Source: a virus
Taxonomy: Duplodnaviria > Caudoviricetes
IMG/VR virus record: IMGVR_UViG_3300017747_002332
Location: 1 to 39,687 of that record
Direction: 5' to 3' (one strand)
DNA: 39,687 nucleotides
Positions 1-7,679 of the stretch are shown piece by piece. The position numbers were made by a program, and so were the translations under genes. The notes below the pieces were generated by a model. That model was not told the DNA's origin, ran no database searches, and worked only from the letters and a program-made list of their open reading frames with translations. How positions within the stretch are numbered: the stretch's first letter is position 1; every line of letters starts with the position of its first letter.

Positions 1-153
1 GTCGCATTCCGCCTCTGCATCTTCGATACATTTTCCACCTGCTAGGTTGGTGCATGAACAGCCTGGATGCCCATTCTCACACTCTGGAAATGTATACTCT
101 GGCATTTCCTCCCATACGTGGATACGTATGTATTCAGCTGTACCGTATGTCAT
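1..153 (-). CDS. Small early hypothetical protein, Cys-rich (partial, runs off left edge)
   Basis: Own translation from ATG at 153: MTYGTAEYIRIHVWEEMPEYTFPECENGHPGCSC...; preceded by AGAAAGGT leader and hairpin 182-201; not in ORF track. Confidence 0.7.
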   Translation of the reverse strand, partial: MTYGTAEYIRIHVWEEMPEYTFPECENGHPGCSCTNLAGGKCIEDAEAECD

Positions 154-215
154 ATCTAACCACCTGATACCTTTCTAGAATGCAGGGTATTTCTACCCTG
201 CTATACCTGCCGATT

Positions 216-506
216 CTATTCTGCGTCTTCGTCTTCGCCTTCTTCGTCTTCGCCTTCTACATCTTCGTTTACAGCGTCTGCGATTTCACGCCAATCTACC
301 GTACCCATAAAGCTGTTGACGATATCGCCTATGAAACCCTGGAATACTTTACCCACGCTATTTTCCAAGTATTCTGAAACGTATTCTTCGCAATAATCAG
401 CTGTTACACGCTCGTTGTTATCCTGAGCTTGTTCTGCCATATCATCGACAAACCAATTGCGTACCGTCCAAGTTTCCTTATTCGCCCAGCCGTTATAATC
501 TGCCAT
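216..506 (-). CDS. Acidic early protein of the phage YNGWxNxETW family
   Basis: N-terminal YNGWANKETW motif common in small phage proteins; very acidic tail; strong RBS. Confidence 0.8.
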   Translation of the reverse strand: MADYNGWANKETWTVRNWFVDDMAEQAQDNNERVTADYCEEYVSEYLENSVGKVFQGFIGDIVNSFMGTVDWREIADAVNEDVEGEDEEGEDEDAE

Positions 507-564
507 ACCTACCTACCTTTCTATGGTGCAGGGTATTTCTACCCTGCGATTACTACCCTAGTGT

Positions 565-828
565 TTACCTACCTGCTGCCCGTACATTATCAATCGTGCT
601 GCGTATCTGCATTTCTTCGGATTTGGTAATCTTGACATTTGCAATTACTTTGCAGATTATTGAATGAATAGAAGCATCTACCTTTATGCCTTCTCTCATT
701 ATCCTGCCTTTGCATTCATAGAGGGTTTCAAATGGAATGATGGATACTACTTTACGTGTATAAGTATCGTAATTGATACCTGGATTATCGTTGTGATTTA
801 TGTGAACAATTCCTGATACGTGAATCAT
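565..828 (-). CDS. Hypothetical early protein
   Basis: 87-aa ORF with AGAAAGGTAGTAGGTAGGTAG leader and hairpin 855-874. Confidence 0.7.
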   Translation of the reverse strand: MIHVSGIVHINHNDNPGINYDTYTRKVVSIIPFETLYECKGRIMREGIKVDASIHSIICKVIANVKITKSEEMQIRSTIDNVRAAGR

Positions 829-891
829 CTACCTACCTACTACCTTTCTAGAATGCAGGGTATTTCTACCCTGCTAACTACCTACACTTAG

Positions 892-936
892 ATGATACTA
901 CATCATACGGTAGATGTAAATGTGAGATATCTCACA
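892..936 (-). promoter_or_regulatory. Sigma70-type promoter with upstream TGTGA-N6-TCACA palindrome
   Basis: -35 TTTACA (920-915), 17 bp spacer, -10 TATCAT (897-892); perfect palindrome TGTGAGATATCTCACA at 921-936. Confidence 0.7.
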
Positions 937-1080
937 ATCGATTACCCTGCTACCTGCTATCCTGCTGCAGGTTTTACCCTGAGATTTGGATTTGTATATT
1001 GTGCTAACCTGCTACCCTGCTATAGGTAACTGGTATCGTGTTAGATGCTGCAGGGTATATGCTACCCTGCAACCTTTCTA

Positions 1081-1347
1081 TTACCCTGCGTTATCCCACG
1101 CTATATCCCCATTATCATCTACCGCCCAGTCTGTTATGCTATATCCGGATTTACTTTCCAGCTGATTGTAGATATAGGCTGCCGCGTACGTGGTAGGCAT
1201 ACTTTCGTATAGCCCAGGTTTATAGTATCGTTGCATTTTGCATAGCCTGGCATACTCCCTTGACATCATGCCATTATGGTAATGCGTACAATACCAGTAA
1301 TGAGCTTGCACGATATCTACCCTATCGTAATCAAATCCAGCTACCAT
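1081..1347 (-). CDS. Hypothetical early protein (Tyr/His-rich)
   Basis: 88-aa ORF, GCAGGTAGGTAG leader, hairpin 1370-1396. Confidence 0.75.
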   Translation of the reverse strand: MVAGFDYDRVDIVQAHYWYCTHYHNGMMSREYARLCKMQRYYKPGLYESMPTTYAAAYIYNQLESKSGYSITDWAVDDNGDIAWDNAG

Positions 1348-1421
1348 CTACCTACCTGCTAACCTTTCCGCAGGGTATACGCTGGGCATACCCTGCTAAC
1401 CTACCATCTACCTACTACCTG

Positions 1422-1745
1422 CTAGAATGCCCCACGCTCGCCCGTCAAATGACGCAGGTACAAAGCTTTGTTTATATCTACGCCTTTCTCGCATACCGAT
1501 AGGTATTTTGTACCGTCTGGTTTACGCTTGACATTATAAACAGCTACCGTATCACCCATAGGGTTATCATCGGAATATTCCGATACCTTGACATAACCAA
1601 TTGCCCAGCCACGTCCGAATTTGTTCGCCTCTGCTAGTATGCTACGCTTGCATTCTTTCAGGGTATCAATTTGCTTTCCGCCTATGCCTACATGACGGGT
1701 TGCATAATACATTTCTTGGCTTTCTGAATACGTCCAACGATACAT
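1422..1745 (-). CDS. Hypothetical early protein
   Basis: ORF 1422-1763; start refined to ATG 1745 (MYRWTY) after GAAAGGTAGGT RBS. Confidence 0.75.
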   Translation of the reverse strand: MYRWTYSESQEMYYATRHVGIGGKQIDTLKECKRSILAEANKFGRGWAIGYVKVSEYSDDNPMGDTVAVYNVKRKPDGTKYLSVCEKGVDINKALYLRHLTGERGAF

Positions 1746-1811
1746 GATAAACCTACCTTTCAAGATTGCAGGGTATACAATCCTGGCATATACCCTGCCG
1801 ATACTATCTAC

Positions 1812-2012
1812 CTACTTTGTAAATACCATCATTACATTTGGTGCATATGCACGTACCCGTACCACGTCCGATTTTATGCGCAGTAATTCCGTACCAGATA
1901 GGCGTATCTGATTTGTAACCTTCCCTGCAGCATCCTGCCACATCCAAACAAATGCCCACGTCCCATCATCTACCAGAGCTTGCAAGCGTTTTGCGCTAAC
2001 TGATTTTCCCAT
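1812..2012 (-). CDS. Hypothetical early protein
   Basis: 66-aa ORF with GAAAGGTAGGTAG leader and hairpin 2034-2059. Confidence 0.7.
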   Translation of the reverse strand: MGKSVSAKRLQALVDDGTWAFVWMWQDAAGKVTNQIRLSGTELLRIKSDVVRVRAYAPNVMMVFTK

Positions 2013-2075
2013 ATCTACCTACCTTTCAAGCTTGCAGGGTACGGTATGCCATACCCTGCGGATACCATCTACCTA

Positions 2076-2309
2076 TTATCTACCTGCTGGTAAATCCTTT
2101 ACATCATAGAATGGTGTACTAGGATTTGTTACGTATAAGGCATCACCATACCCACGTAGGTATGCCAAAGCTTCGGACGAATTCCCACCAAATAACCTGC
2201 GTCCTGACTTGGTGTAAAAGTTTATAATGTACCCTGGCATACCGGATTGAATTTGAGAATCCAAATTATAACGTGATACCAATTCCCTGATTTGTGCTAT
2301 CTTTGACAT
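2076..2309 (-). CDS. Hypothetical early protein
   Basis: 77-aa ORF with AGAAAGGTT leader and hairpin 2329-2349. Confidence 0.75.
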   Translation of the reverse strand: MSKIAQIRELVSRYNLDSQIQSGMPGYIINFYTKSGRRLFGGNSSEALAYLRGYGDALYVTNPSTPFYDVKDLPAGR

Positions 2310-2369
2310 GATGTAACCTTTCTATATAGCAGGGTGATATACACCCTGCATTTACCTACCTGCTAGCTG

Positions 2370-2639
2370 TTAGCCTTTCCTGCATTTATCTAGATGTAAC
2401 GTACCTATGAATACGCCCACATTATCTTTTTCGTAATACTCGGATGTATCGGATTTGAAACCCGTATAACGTACACCATTTACCCGTACCGTACACGTTG
2501 CAAAATTGCCCAGGCTTTCGTAGTAATCAACCTTTCGTATTTTGTTATACGCTTTCCCATTTACCGTACCGACAACCCGTACGGTATTACCTGGAATAAT
2601 CCAACGGGAACCGCTATTATTCAGATACAAAGCTCTCAT
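2370..2639 (-). CDS. Hypothetical early protein
   Basis: 89-aa ORF with AGAAAGGTT leader. Confidence 0.75.
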   Translation of the reverse strand: MRALYLNNSGSRWIIPGNTVRVVGTVNGKAYNKIRKVDYYESLGNFATCTVRVNGVRYTGFKSDTSEYYEKDNVGVFIGTLHLDKCRKG

Positions 2640-2659
2640 GATGTAAACCTTTCTACTTT

Positions 2660-2893
2660 CTATTCAGTATCCCCATACTCTGATTTGTATATACAATCCT
2701 GGCATATGGTGCATTTATCTTCGCCTTGTGACGGGATGTGTACTACCGTTACGTCATAGCACGTATGGTACATATCGCAATATTCACAACGTGCGAAATA
2801 ACTACCTGATTCAAAATCAGCCGTACCTACAAATTCGGAAATACCATCTACGTAATTCTGGGCGTAATGTGTAATACGCATTTCATCTACCAT
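2660..2893 (-). CDS. Small CxxC...CxxC (putative zinc-binding) early protein
   Basis: CEYC and CTICQDC motifs; GGAAAGGGTAGGT leader. Confidence 0.7.
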   Translation of the reverse strand: MVDEMRITHYAQNYVDGISEFVGTADFESGSYFARCEYCDMYHTCYDVTVVHIPSQGEDKCTICQDCIYKSEYGDTE

Positions 2894-2926
2894 TTGAATA
2901 ACCTACCCTTTCCTGCTAACACTATG

Positions 2927-2971
2927 ATGATACCAGATGATACGGTATATGCTAGTGTTAGAAATATCACA
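2927..2971 (-). promoter_or_regulatory. Second early promoter, same architecture as 892-936
   Basis: TGTGA-TATTTC-TAACA directly upstream of CTAGCA, 17 bp spacer (TATACCGTATCATCTGG), then TATCAT. Confidence 0.55.
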
Positions 2972-2973
2972 AC

Positions 2974-3108
2974 CTATTTGCCGAAATGCAGCATCCAAAT
3001 TCCACAATACATGATGTATGCGACAGCTAGCGATACTACTCCCTGTAGTAAACCGATAATGATGGTACGGGTACGCTTTCCTGCGTTATATGACGGTTGA
3101 TGATACAT
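2974..3108 (-). CDS. Small single-pass membrane protein (44 aa)
   Basis: Own translation MYHQPSYNAGKRTRTIIIGLLQGVVSLAVAYIMYCGIWMLHFGK; GAAAGGT RBS and hairpin 3131-3155; below ORF-track cutoff. Confidence 0.7.
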   Translation of the reverse strand: MYHQPSYNAGKRTRTIIIGLLQGVVSLAVAYIMYCGIWMLHFGK

Positions 3109-3168
3109 AATTCTATTACCTTTCAAGCTTGCAGGGTAGATGATACCTACCCTGCGTTATAACCTTTC

Positions 3169-3480
3169 CTAGATGAAAAATGTACGTGCGTTATTTGTGT
3201 ACGTGTTATCTGAGTAATACCAGATGTAATCTTTCTGATAGATAGATGTATTGCAATATGCCCGCAGGATAGCATTTAGTCTAGACTTTGTGGTAGCAGA
3301 TTTATACGTTGTCTTGACGTACATTTCCCTGCCAGATAGCCCATTATCTATCATGCATATCAGATTATTGAACAGGTATACCTGTACACTGTCCCCACAT
3401 ACATCTACCCGGGTATTACTACACGTCCAGGATTTACCCGTACGTATTGCATCTAACATTTTGCGTTCTATTACTCGCAT
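3169..3480 (-). CDS. Conserved phage early protein (MRxIE...TTKSRLNA family)
   Basis: Motifs MRVIERKM, VYLFNNLI, TTKSRLNAIL, IYQKDY recur in aquatic phage proteins. Confidence 0.8.
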   Translation of the reverse strand: MRVIERKMLDAIRTGKSWTCSNTRVDVCGDSVQVYLFNNLICMIDNGLSGREMYVKTTYKSATTKSRLNAILRAYCNTSIYQKDYIWYYSDNTYTNNARTFFI

Positions 3481-3541
3481 TTTCCTACCTGCTACCTTTC
3501 TACTTGCACGGTATTTCTACCCTGCATTTGCCTACCATCTA

Positions 3542-3769
3542 CTAGTCTATTACGTGGTTCCCTGCATCCGCATTTGCTACGTCTGGGTCTATTATGAAAT
3601 CGGATACCTCAGACAACTGGGCGTACATCTGATTAATTACATCCGTAAAACTATCCGACAATTCCGGTACATCCGTACACACTTTGGTAATTGCCAATTG
3701 CACATTACGCAAATTCTGCATGACATGACCCAGCATTTGATGTGCATTTTCCAACGTCTGAATTTCCAT
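3542..3769 (-). CDS. Hypothetical helical early protein
   Basis: ORF 3542-3784; start refined to ATG 3769 after GAAAGGT RBS. Confidence 0.7.
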   Translation of the reverse strand: MEIQTLENAHQMLGHVMQNLRNVQLAITKVCTDVPELSDSFTDVINQMYAQLSEVSDFIIDPDVANADAGNHVID

Positions 3770-3825
3770 TTGTTTACCTTTCATCTAGCAGGGTATGCAT
3801 TTGCATACCCTGCATTTCTACCTTT

Positions 3826-4236
3826 CTAGATGTACCTATTCACCTTCAATTGTGTATTCAGGTATTCATTCACCCTCTGATTTTCCGTACGCCAATGGAA
3901 ATTACACGTTATGCTATAGGCGTAGGTTGTACCTGACACCAATTCCTGATTACCGCTAAATGATTGACTTTCAGGCGTGAAACATAACGCACCATCTTCA
4001 ACAGTCCACACGATAGGATACTCAAAAGCTTGAAATACTTTATTCAAGGCATTTTTCAATTTGACAGTACTACCATTTGTTGCACGTGTAGCAATTGACA
4101 TACCGATAGGACTAAACATAAACAATTCACCATCAAGGTATGCACGAATTTCTTTCCTTTCGGATACCTGCAAGGTAATGTTACCAATGGTGTGATTACC
4201 CGGAACATACATAACGTCCGACAATTTGACTTGCAT
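3826..4236 (-). CDS. Hypothetical early protein
   Basis: ORF 3826-4272; start refined to ATG 4236 (MQVKLS) after AGAAAG-rich leader. Confidence 0.7.
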   Translation of the reverse strand: MQVKLSDVMYVPGNHTIGNITLQVSERKEIRAYLDGELFMFSPIGMSIATRATNGSTVKLKNALNKVFQAFEYPIVWTVEDGALCFTPESQSFSGNQELVSGTTYAYSITCNFHWRTENQRVNEYLNTQLKVNRYI

Positions 4237-4299
4237 TTTCTTTCTACTTTCTACCCTGCCGTATGCGTACATCTGGCAGGGTTATAAACTGATTACTTT

Positions 4300-4539
4300 C
4301 TACTTTGTTGATACCGTATTTCTAACCGACTGGTCAGAATTTGATAATGTCCAAATAATTTGCTTGGCAATTTGGATAGAACGTACCGCATCCATTGCAA
4401 TTCCTTTGGTGATTCTAGGATTATGCAATGCGACAATTGCGGAATTCAATTCCGAGATAGCATTTTGCATTTTGTCAGAGTCTGATTTTTCACCGAATAA
4501 TGTATTCAGTAATTCCTGCTCTGGTGATTTTGTTTCCAT
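4300..4539 (-). CDS. Hypothetical protein, first gene of the leftward array
   Basis: ORF 4300-4761; start refined to ATG 4539 (METKSP) after GGAAAGGTT RBS. Confidence 0.65.
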   Translation of the reverse strand: METKSPEQELLNTLFGEKSDSDKMQNAISELNSAIVALHNPRITKGIAMDAVRSIQIAKQIIWTLSNSDQSVRNTVSTK

Positions 4540-5190
4540 ACTTTGTAACCTTTCCACACAAAGAATATACCGTATCATCCAGAGCCAACGCCACCATTTA
4601 CCACCAGGATTTGATATGAACAAATTCACACGTCCAATACACACATTTTGACTTGACAACCCATCTACAGCTGTGGTATTCACGCGCGCGCGTTCCTTTC
4701 TATACAAATTGAGGACTCCCTTTTTTCTAAAAACTGCGGACTGGGGAGCCGGGTATGGCAAGACCCCCTCCCAGTGAGCAGTTGTTGGTGGGGGGACTCC
4801 GACAGATATATCTACCTATCTCATACATCATCATTTCTCCCATCGTAGAAACATAACGTCTCAACTACATCATCATTTCTACCCTGCGTAATGACTGTTA
4901 GATGTGTCCTATTTGACCTGTATTTGACCAATCTGAGGTCAATTGGTACGTAACGAGTAGTTGTTAGGATGTACTCAGTAAGGCTGGTATACAGTTGGCA
5001 TATCGGGGTAGTAGTACTCAGTAAGGTATCAAATATGCCAACGCACGTAAATACGTGCAAATACGAGCGTAATCGTGCGGTTGCGTGCGGATAGATATTA
5101 TCCAGTGAGTGGATAGATTTGTAATTCGTTTTCAGTAAACTGGCTGCCCTGTAATCGTTTTTACACCTTTGTAATCGTAATATGTGAAAC

Positions 5191-5559
5191 ATGACAAAGA
5201 ATACGTTGTACCAGTATGCGTTGAAACGTGTACGTGTAGTAGACGGTGATACGTTGGAAGGCGATATAGACCTAGGCTTTGGTGTTATGTTGTCAGCTAC
5301 GAAGGTCAGATTGGCACATATCAACTGTCCTGAGAATGATACAGAGGCTGGTAAGGCTGCTAAGGCATTTACTGAGCAGTGGATAAGTAAGATACTAGAT
5401 AGCAAGGTAGACGTTATAGTGCTTGTCAAGAACCACAAGAAGGACAAGTACGGCAGGATACTAGGTGTAGTGTCTGGTAATGGTGAGGACTTAGCACAAA
5501 TGCTGCAGATGAATGGTCACGCAAAGCAGTACGAAGGCGTTGGTGCAAAGCCTGTCTGA
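5191..5559 (+). CDS. Thermonuclease (staphylococcal nuclease family)
   Basis: VVDGDT, IDLGF, VRLxxIxxPE and DKYGRIL motifs. Confidence 0.9.
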   Translation: MTKNTLYQYALKRVRVVDGDTLEGDIDLGFGVMLSATKVRLAHINCPENDTEAGKAAKAFTEQWISKILDSKVDVIVLVKNHKKDKYGRILGVVSGNGEDLAQMLQMNGHAKQYEGVGAKPV

Positions 5560-5572
5560 TGTGCTATAGTAC

Positions 5573-5652
5573 TGATGCCACCGAGAGGTGAGCATCAAAA
5601 AGAACAACAACAACCAAATGAGCCACCTTGAATAAGCACCAGGGTGGCTTTT
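5573..5652 (+). ncRNA. Candidate sRNA A (~80 nt)
   Basis: GTGCAA-16 bp-TATAGT promoter with extended TG (5543-5570); GAGA-tetraloop hairpin; AAC-rich linker; terminator 5621-5652. Confidence 0.5.
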
Positions 5653-5659
5653 AGTTATT

Positions 5660-5842
5660 ATGACAATAGAGCAAAAACGACAGAACTGTAAAGATATGAG
5701 GGAAGCCCTCATACTGCACTATGGGTACAAAGACCTCAATCGAGATAGCGTTGCGTATATTGAGAACGCTTCTAGGGAAGAGATAGACCTGCTGCACAAT
5801 AGACTAGTAGGTATCGTTAGAGGCAAAGTACTACGCAAGTAG
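5660..5842 (+). CDS. Hypothetical protein
   Basis: 60-aa ORF, plausible composition. Confidence 0.55.
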   Translation: MTIEQKRQNCKDMREALILHYGYKDLNRDSVAYIENASREEIDLLHNRLVGIVRGKVLRK

Positions 5843-5938
5843 ATAAGCAGGCGATACAGGTACATCAGCTTACCAAGCACAAGAGTTTATTTATCTCCAT
5901 TAATTGATGTGCCTGTATCTACTGTATTGTACCGTAGT

Positions 5939-6060
5939 AAAAGATAAGCCACCTAGTGTTCGGCTAGATGGCTTAGAGGAGACAGAGTATAGAAACGGGT
6001 TTTGAACAGTCGGTCGGGTTTTCTGGAGACTTTCTTTCTGTTCTACTACCTTTCGGCAGT
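5939..6060 (-). ncRNA. Candidate sRNA B (~120 nt)
   Basis: TTGCAT-16 bp-TATACT promoter with extended TG (6093-6066); 5' GAAA hairpin 6045-6060; terminator stem 5945-5975 followed by UCUUUU. Confidence 0.55.
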
Positions 6061-6071
6061 AACCTAGTATA

Positions 6072-7394
6072 TCACTCAGGTTGTTCTATGCAAGGTATTT
6101 GACTACAAGCGTGTTTGATACGTGCTTCTGCTATTGCAAGATACTCTTCGTCAAGCTCACATCCTATGAAGCGAAAACCTTCGAGCATTGCTGCTTTGCC
6201 TGTAGAACCAGACCCCATAAAAGGGTCAAGTACTATTCCACCAGGTTGTGTTACTAGACGGCATAGGTACTTCATCAACTCTGTAGGCTTGACCGTTGGG
6301 TGTGGATTTCGTAGTTTAGTAGCCTCTTTAATGACTGTTCCGTTACTACGTATCTGCCCTTCCATACCTTCGTTAAATTGCTTTGCGCCAACCTTTTCTT
6401 CAAAGCCATCTAAGCCTTCTTCTTTATCTCGCTTCGAGGCTTTAGGTACATAGAAGAATCTAGCAGCTGAACCACCATTATCGTCATGTCCAGTTCTAGG
6501 TTGAGGTTTTTTACCACTTAGATGTTGTGTATCTTTGTTGTAAGATACTCCACCGGACTTACTAGGCTTAGTGTCAGGAAACAACTCAAGTACTTCTTCA
6601 CTACCATCATGTATGAAATTGGCTGGCCATCTACCAGCAGGATTGACTGGATTAGCACCTGATAGGTCACTACTATTCTTCCAAGAGTTACCCATCGTGC
6701 CACCTTTTTCACGTATGCGTTCTACTCCAGTAGATAACTTTTCATAGTCTTCATCAGACATAGGTACTCGTGTAGCATCGATATTAATGCCTCCAGTACC
6801 CCACGTTAGTACGTTATTGGCTACCGTACCATCTAGTGGTTTACGTGCCATTGCTATGAACTCTTGACTAGGCTTGAGTGCAGTACCCCAACCTTGCCAT
6901 TGCTTGGCTTCATCTGTCTTAGGCTCGTAAGGACCAACAGGATTACTAGTCAACTTGTTCTCTTGGTCTACATCACACGCTTGATATGACGAGGCTGTAG
7001 GTATTGCACGACCTCGATTAGGGTGACCATACATCTTGTCTATGGATGCAGAGATATTGTGTGACTTTGGAAATCCTGAGGAGTAGTTCCACGTGCAGGA
7101 ATCTCTGATTTCAAAACCAGCATCTTCGATATTGATGGTCATTCGATGGTAAGTACGTGTACTTGAAAAGGATAAAAGGAATCCACCAGGCTTGAGTACC
7201 CGTAGGCACTCTTTCCATATCTCAACACTTGGTACGTCATAGTCCCACTTCTTGGACATAAAGGATATACCGTATGGTGGGTCAGTAACAATCGAGTCTA
7301 CTGAGTTATCTGGCACACCTTTGAGTGAATCAAGGCAGTTGCCTAAGTGGAGTATGTATCTATCTACCAAGCTGGTTCCTCTATCACAATCCAA
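6072..7394 (-). CDS. Orphan N6-adenine/N4-cytosine DNA methyltransferase (beta class)
   Basis: TDPPYG catalytic motif, HPTVKP, VLDPFMGSGSTG SAM-binding motif; true start may be TTG at 7370. Confidence 0.93.
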   Translation of the reverse strand: MDCDRGTSLVDRYILHLGNCLDSLKGVPDNSVDSIVTDPPYGISFMSKKWDYDVPSVEIWKECLRVLKPGGFLLSFSSTRTYHRMTINIEDAGFEIRDSCTWNYSSGFPKSHNISASIDKMYGHPNRGRAIPTASSYQACDVDQENKLTSNPVGPYEPKTDEAKQWQGWGTALKPSQEFIAMARKPLDGTVANNVLTWGTGGINIDATRVPMSDEDYEKLSTGVERIREKGGTMGNSWKNSSDLSGANPVNPAGRWPANFIHDGSEEVLELFPDTKPSKSGGVSYNKDTQHLSGKKPQPRTGHDDNGGSAARFFYVPKASKRDKEEGLDGFEEKVGAKQFNEGMEGQIRSNGTVIKEATKLRNPHPTVKPTELMKYLCRLVTQPGGIVLDPFMGSGSTGKAAMLEGFRFIGCELDEEYLAIAEARIKHACSQIPCIEQPE

Positions 7395-7579
7395 TCATCA
7401 GCAAAGAAGTCTTCAGTGGGCAACGTAAGTCCTTCTATGATGGATTCTTGCTTGTCTATGGTGAATACAAAAGAGTTGAATGCTTCAGACCAACGAAGGT
7501 GAGCCTTCTCACTATCCCAGTGAACACGAGATACTTTCTTGCCTACCGCAATAGCGTTGTAAACCTCGCCAAACGTCAT
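7364..7579 (-). CDS. DUF2829 / Tad2-like anti-defence sponge candidate
   Basis: MxFGE...GKKVSRxxW...DFFADDW pattern typical of DUF2829. Confidence 0.7.
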   Translation of the reverse strand: MTFGEVYNAIAVGKKVSRVHWDSEKAHLRWSEAFNSFVFTIDKQESIIEGLTLPTEDFFADDWIVIEEPAW

Positions 7580-7642
7580 ATTCAGTAATCTCCCTATATT
7601 TACCTTGGTAAAAAACCTTTGCTAACTGAGTTTTACAGATAT

Positions 7643-7679
7643 TTTTAGTAAAGACTTTTAGTAAAGACTTTTAGTAAAG
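7643..7679. repeat. 13-bp tandem repeat TTTTAGTAAAGAC, 2.8 copies
   Basis: Units at 7643-7655, 7656-7668 and 7669-7679. Confidence 0.9.

Larger units (their letters stand above)
182..3813 (-). repeat. Dispersed intergenic hairpin repeat GCAGGGTA-loop-TACCCTGC (11 copies), usually followed by AGAAAGGT(AGGTAG) RBS
   Basis: Copies at 182-201, 528-547, 855-874, 1050-1070, 1370-1396, 1768-1798, 2034-2059, 2329-2349, 3131-3155, 3506-3525 (one mismatch), 3788-3813. An arm-swapped copy lies at 4253-4282. Confidence 0.95.

Noticed and set aside
182-3813. Hairpin repeats as a CRISPR array
   Set aside because: Intervals are 200-800 bp and contain complete ORFs, loops vary, and no cas genes are present.
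182-3813. Hairpins as integron attC sites or intrinsic terminators
   Set aside because: No RYYYAAC/GTTRRRY ends, too short, no integrase in the window, and no U-tract on either strand.
180-4651. Plus-strand ORFs in the early region (e.g. 3251-3829, 4226-4651)
   Set aside because: Antisense shadows of minus-strand genes that have clear RBSs; they run through the intergenic repeats.
4821-5447. 208-aa minus-strand ORF
   Set aside because: Antisense to the thermonuclease gene and running through repeat-rich non-coding DNA; no recognisable motifs.
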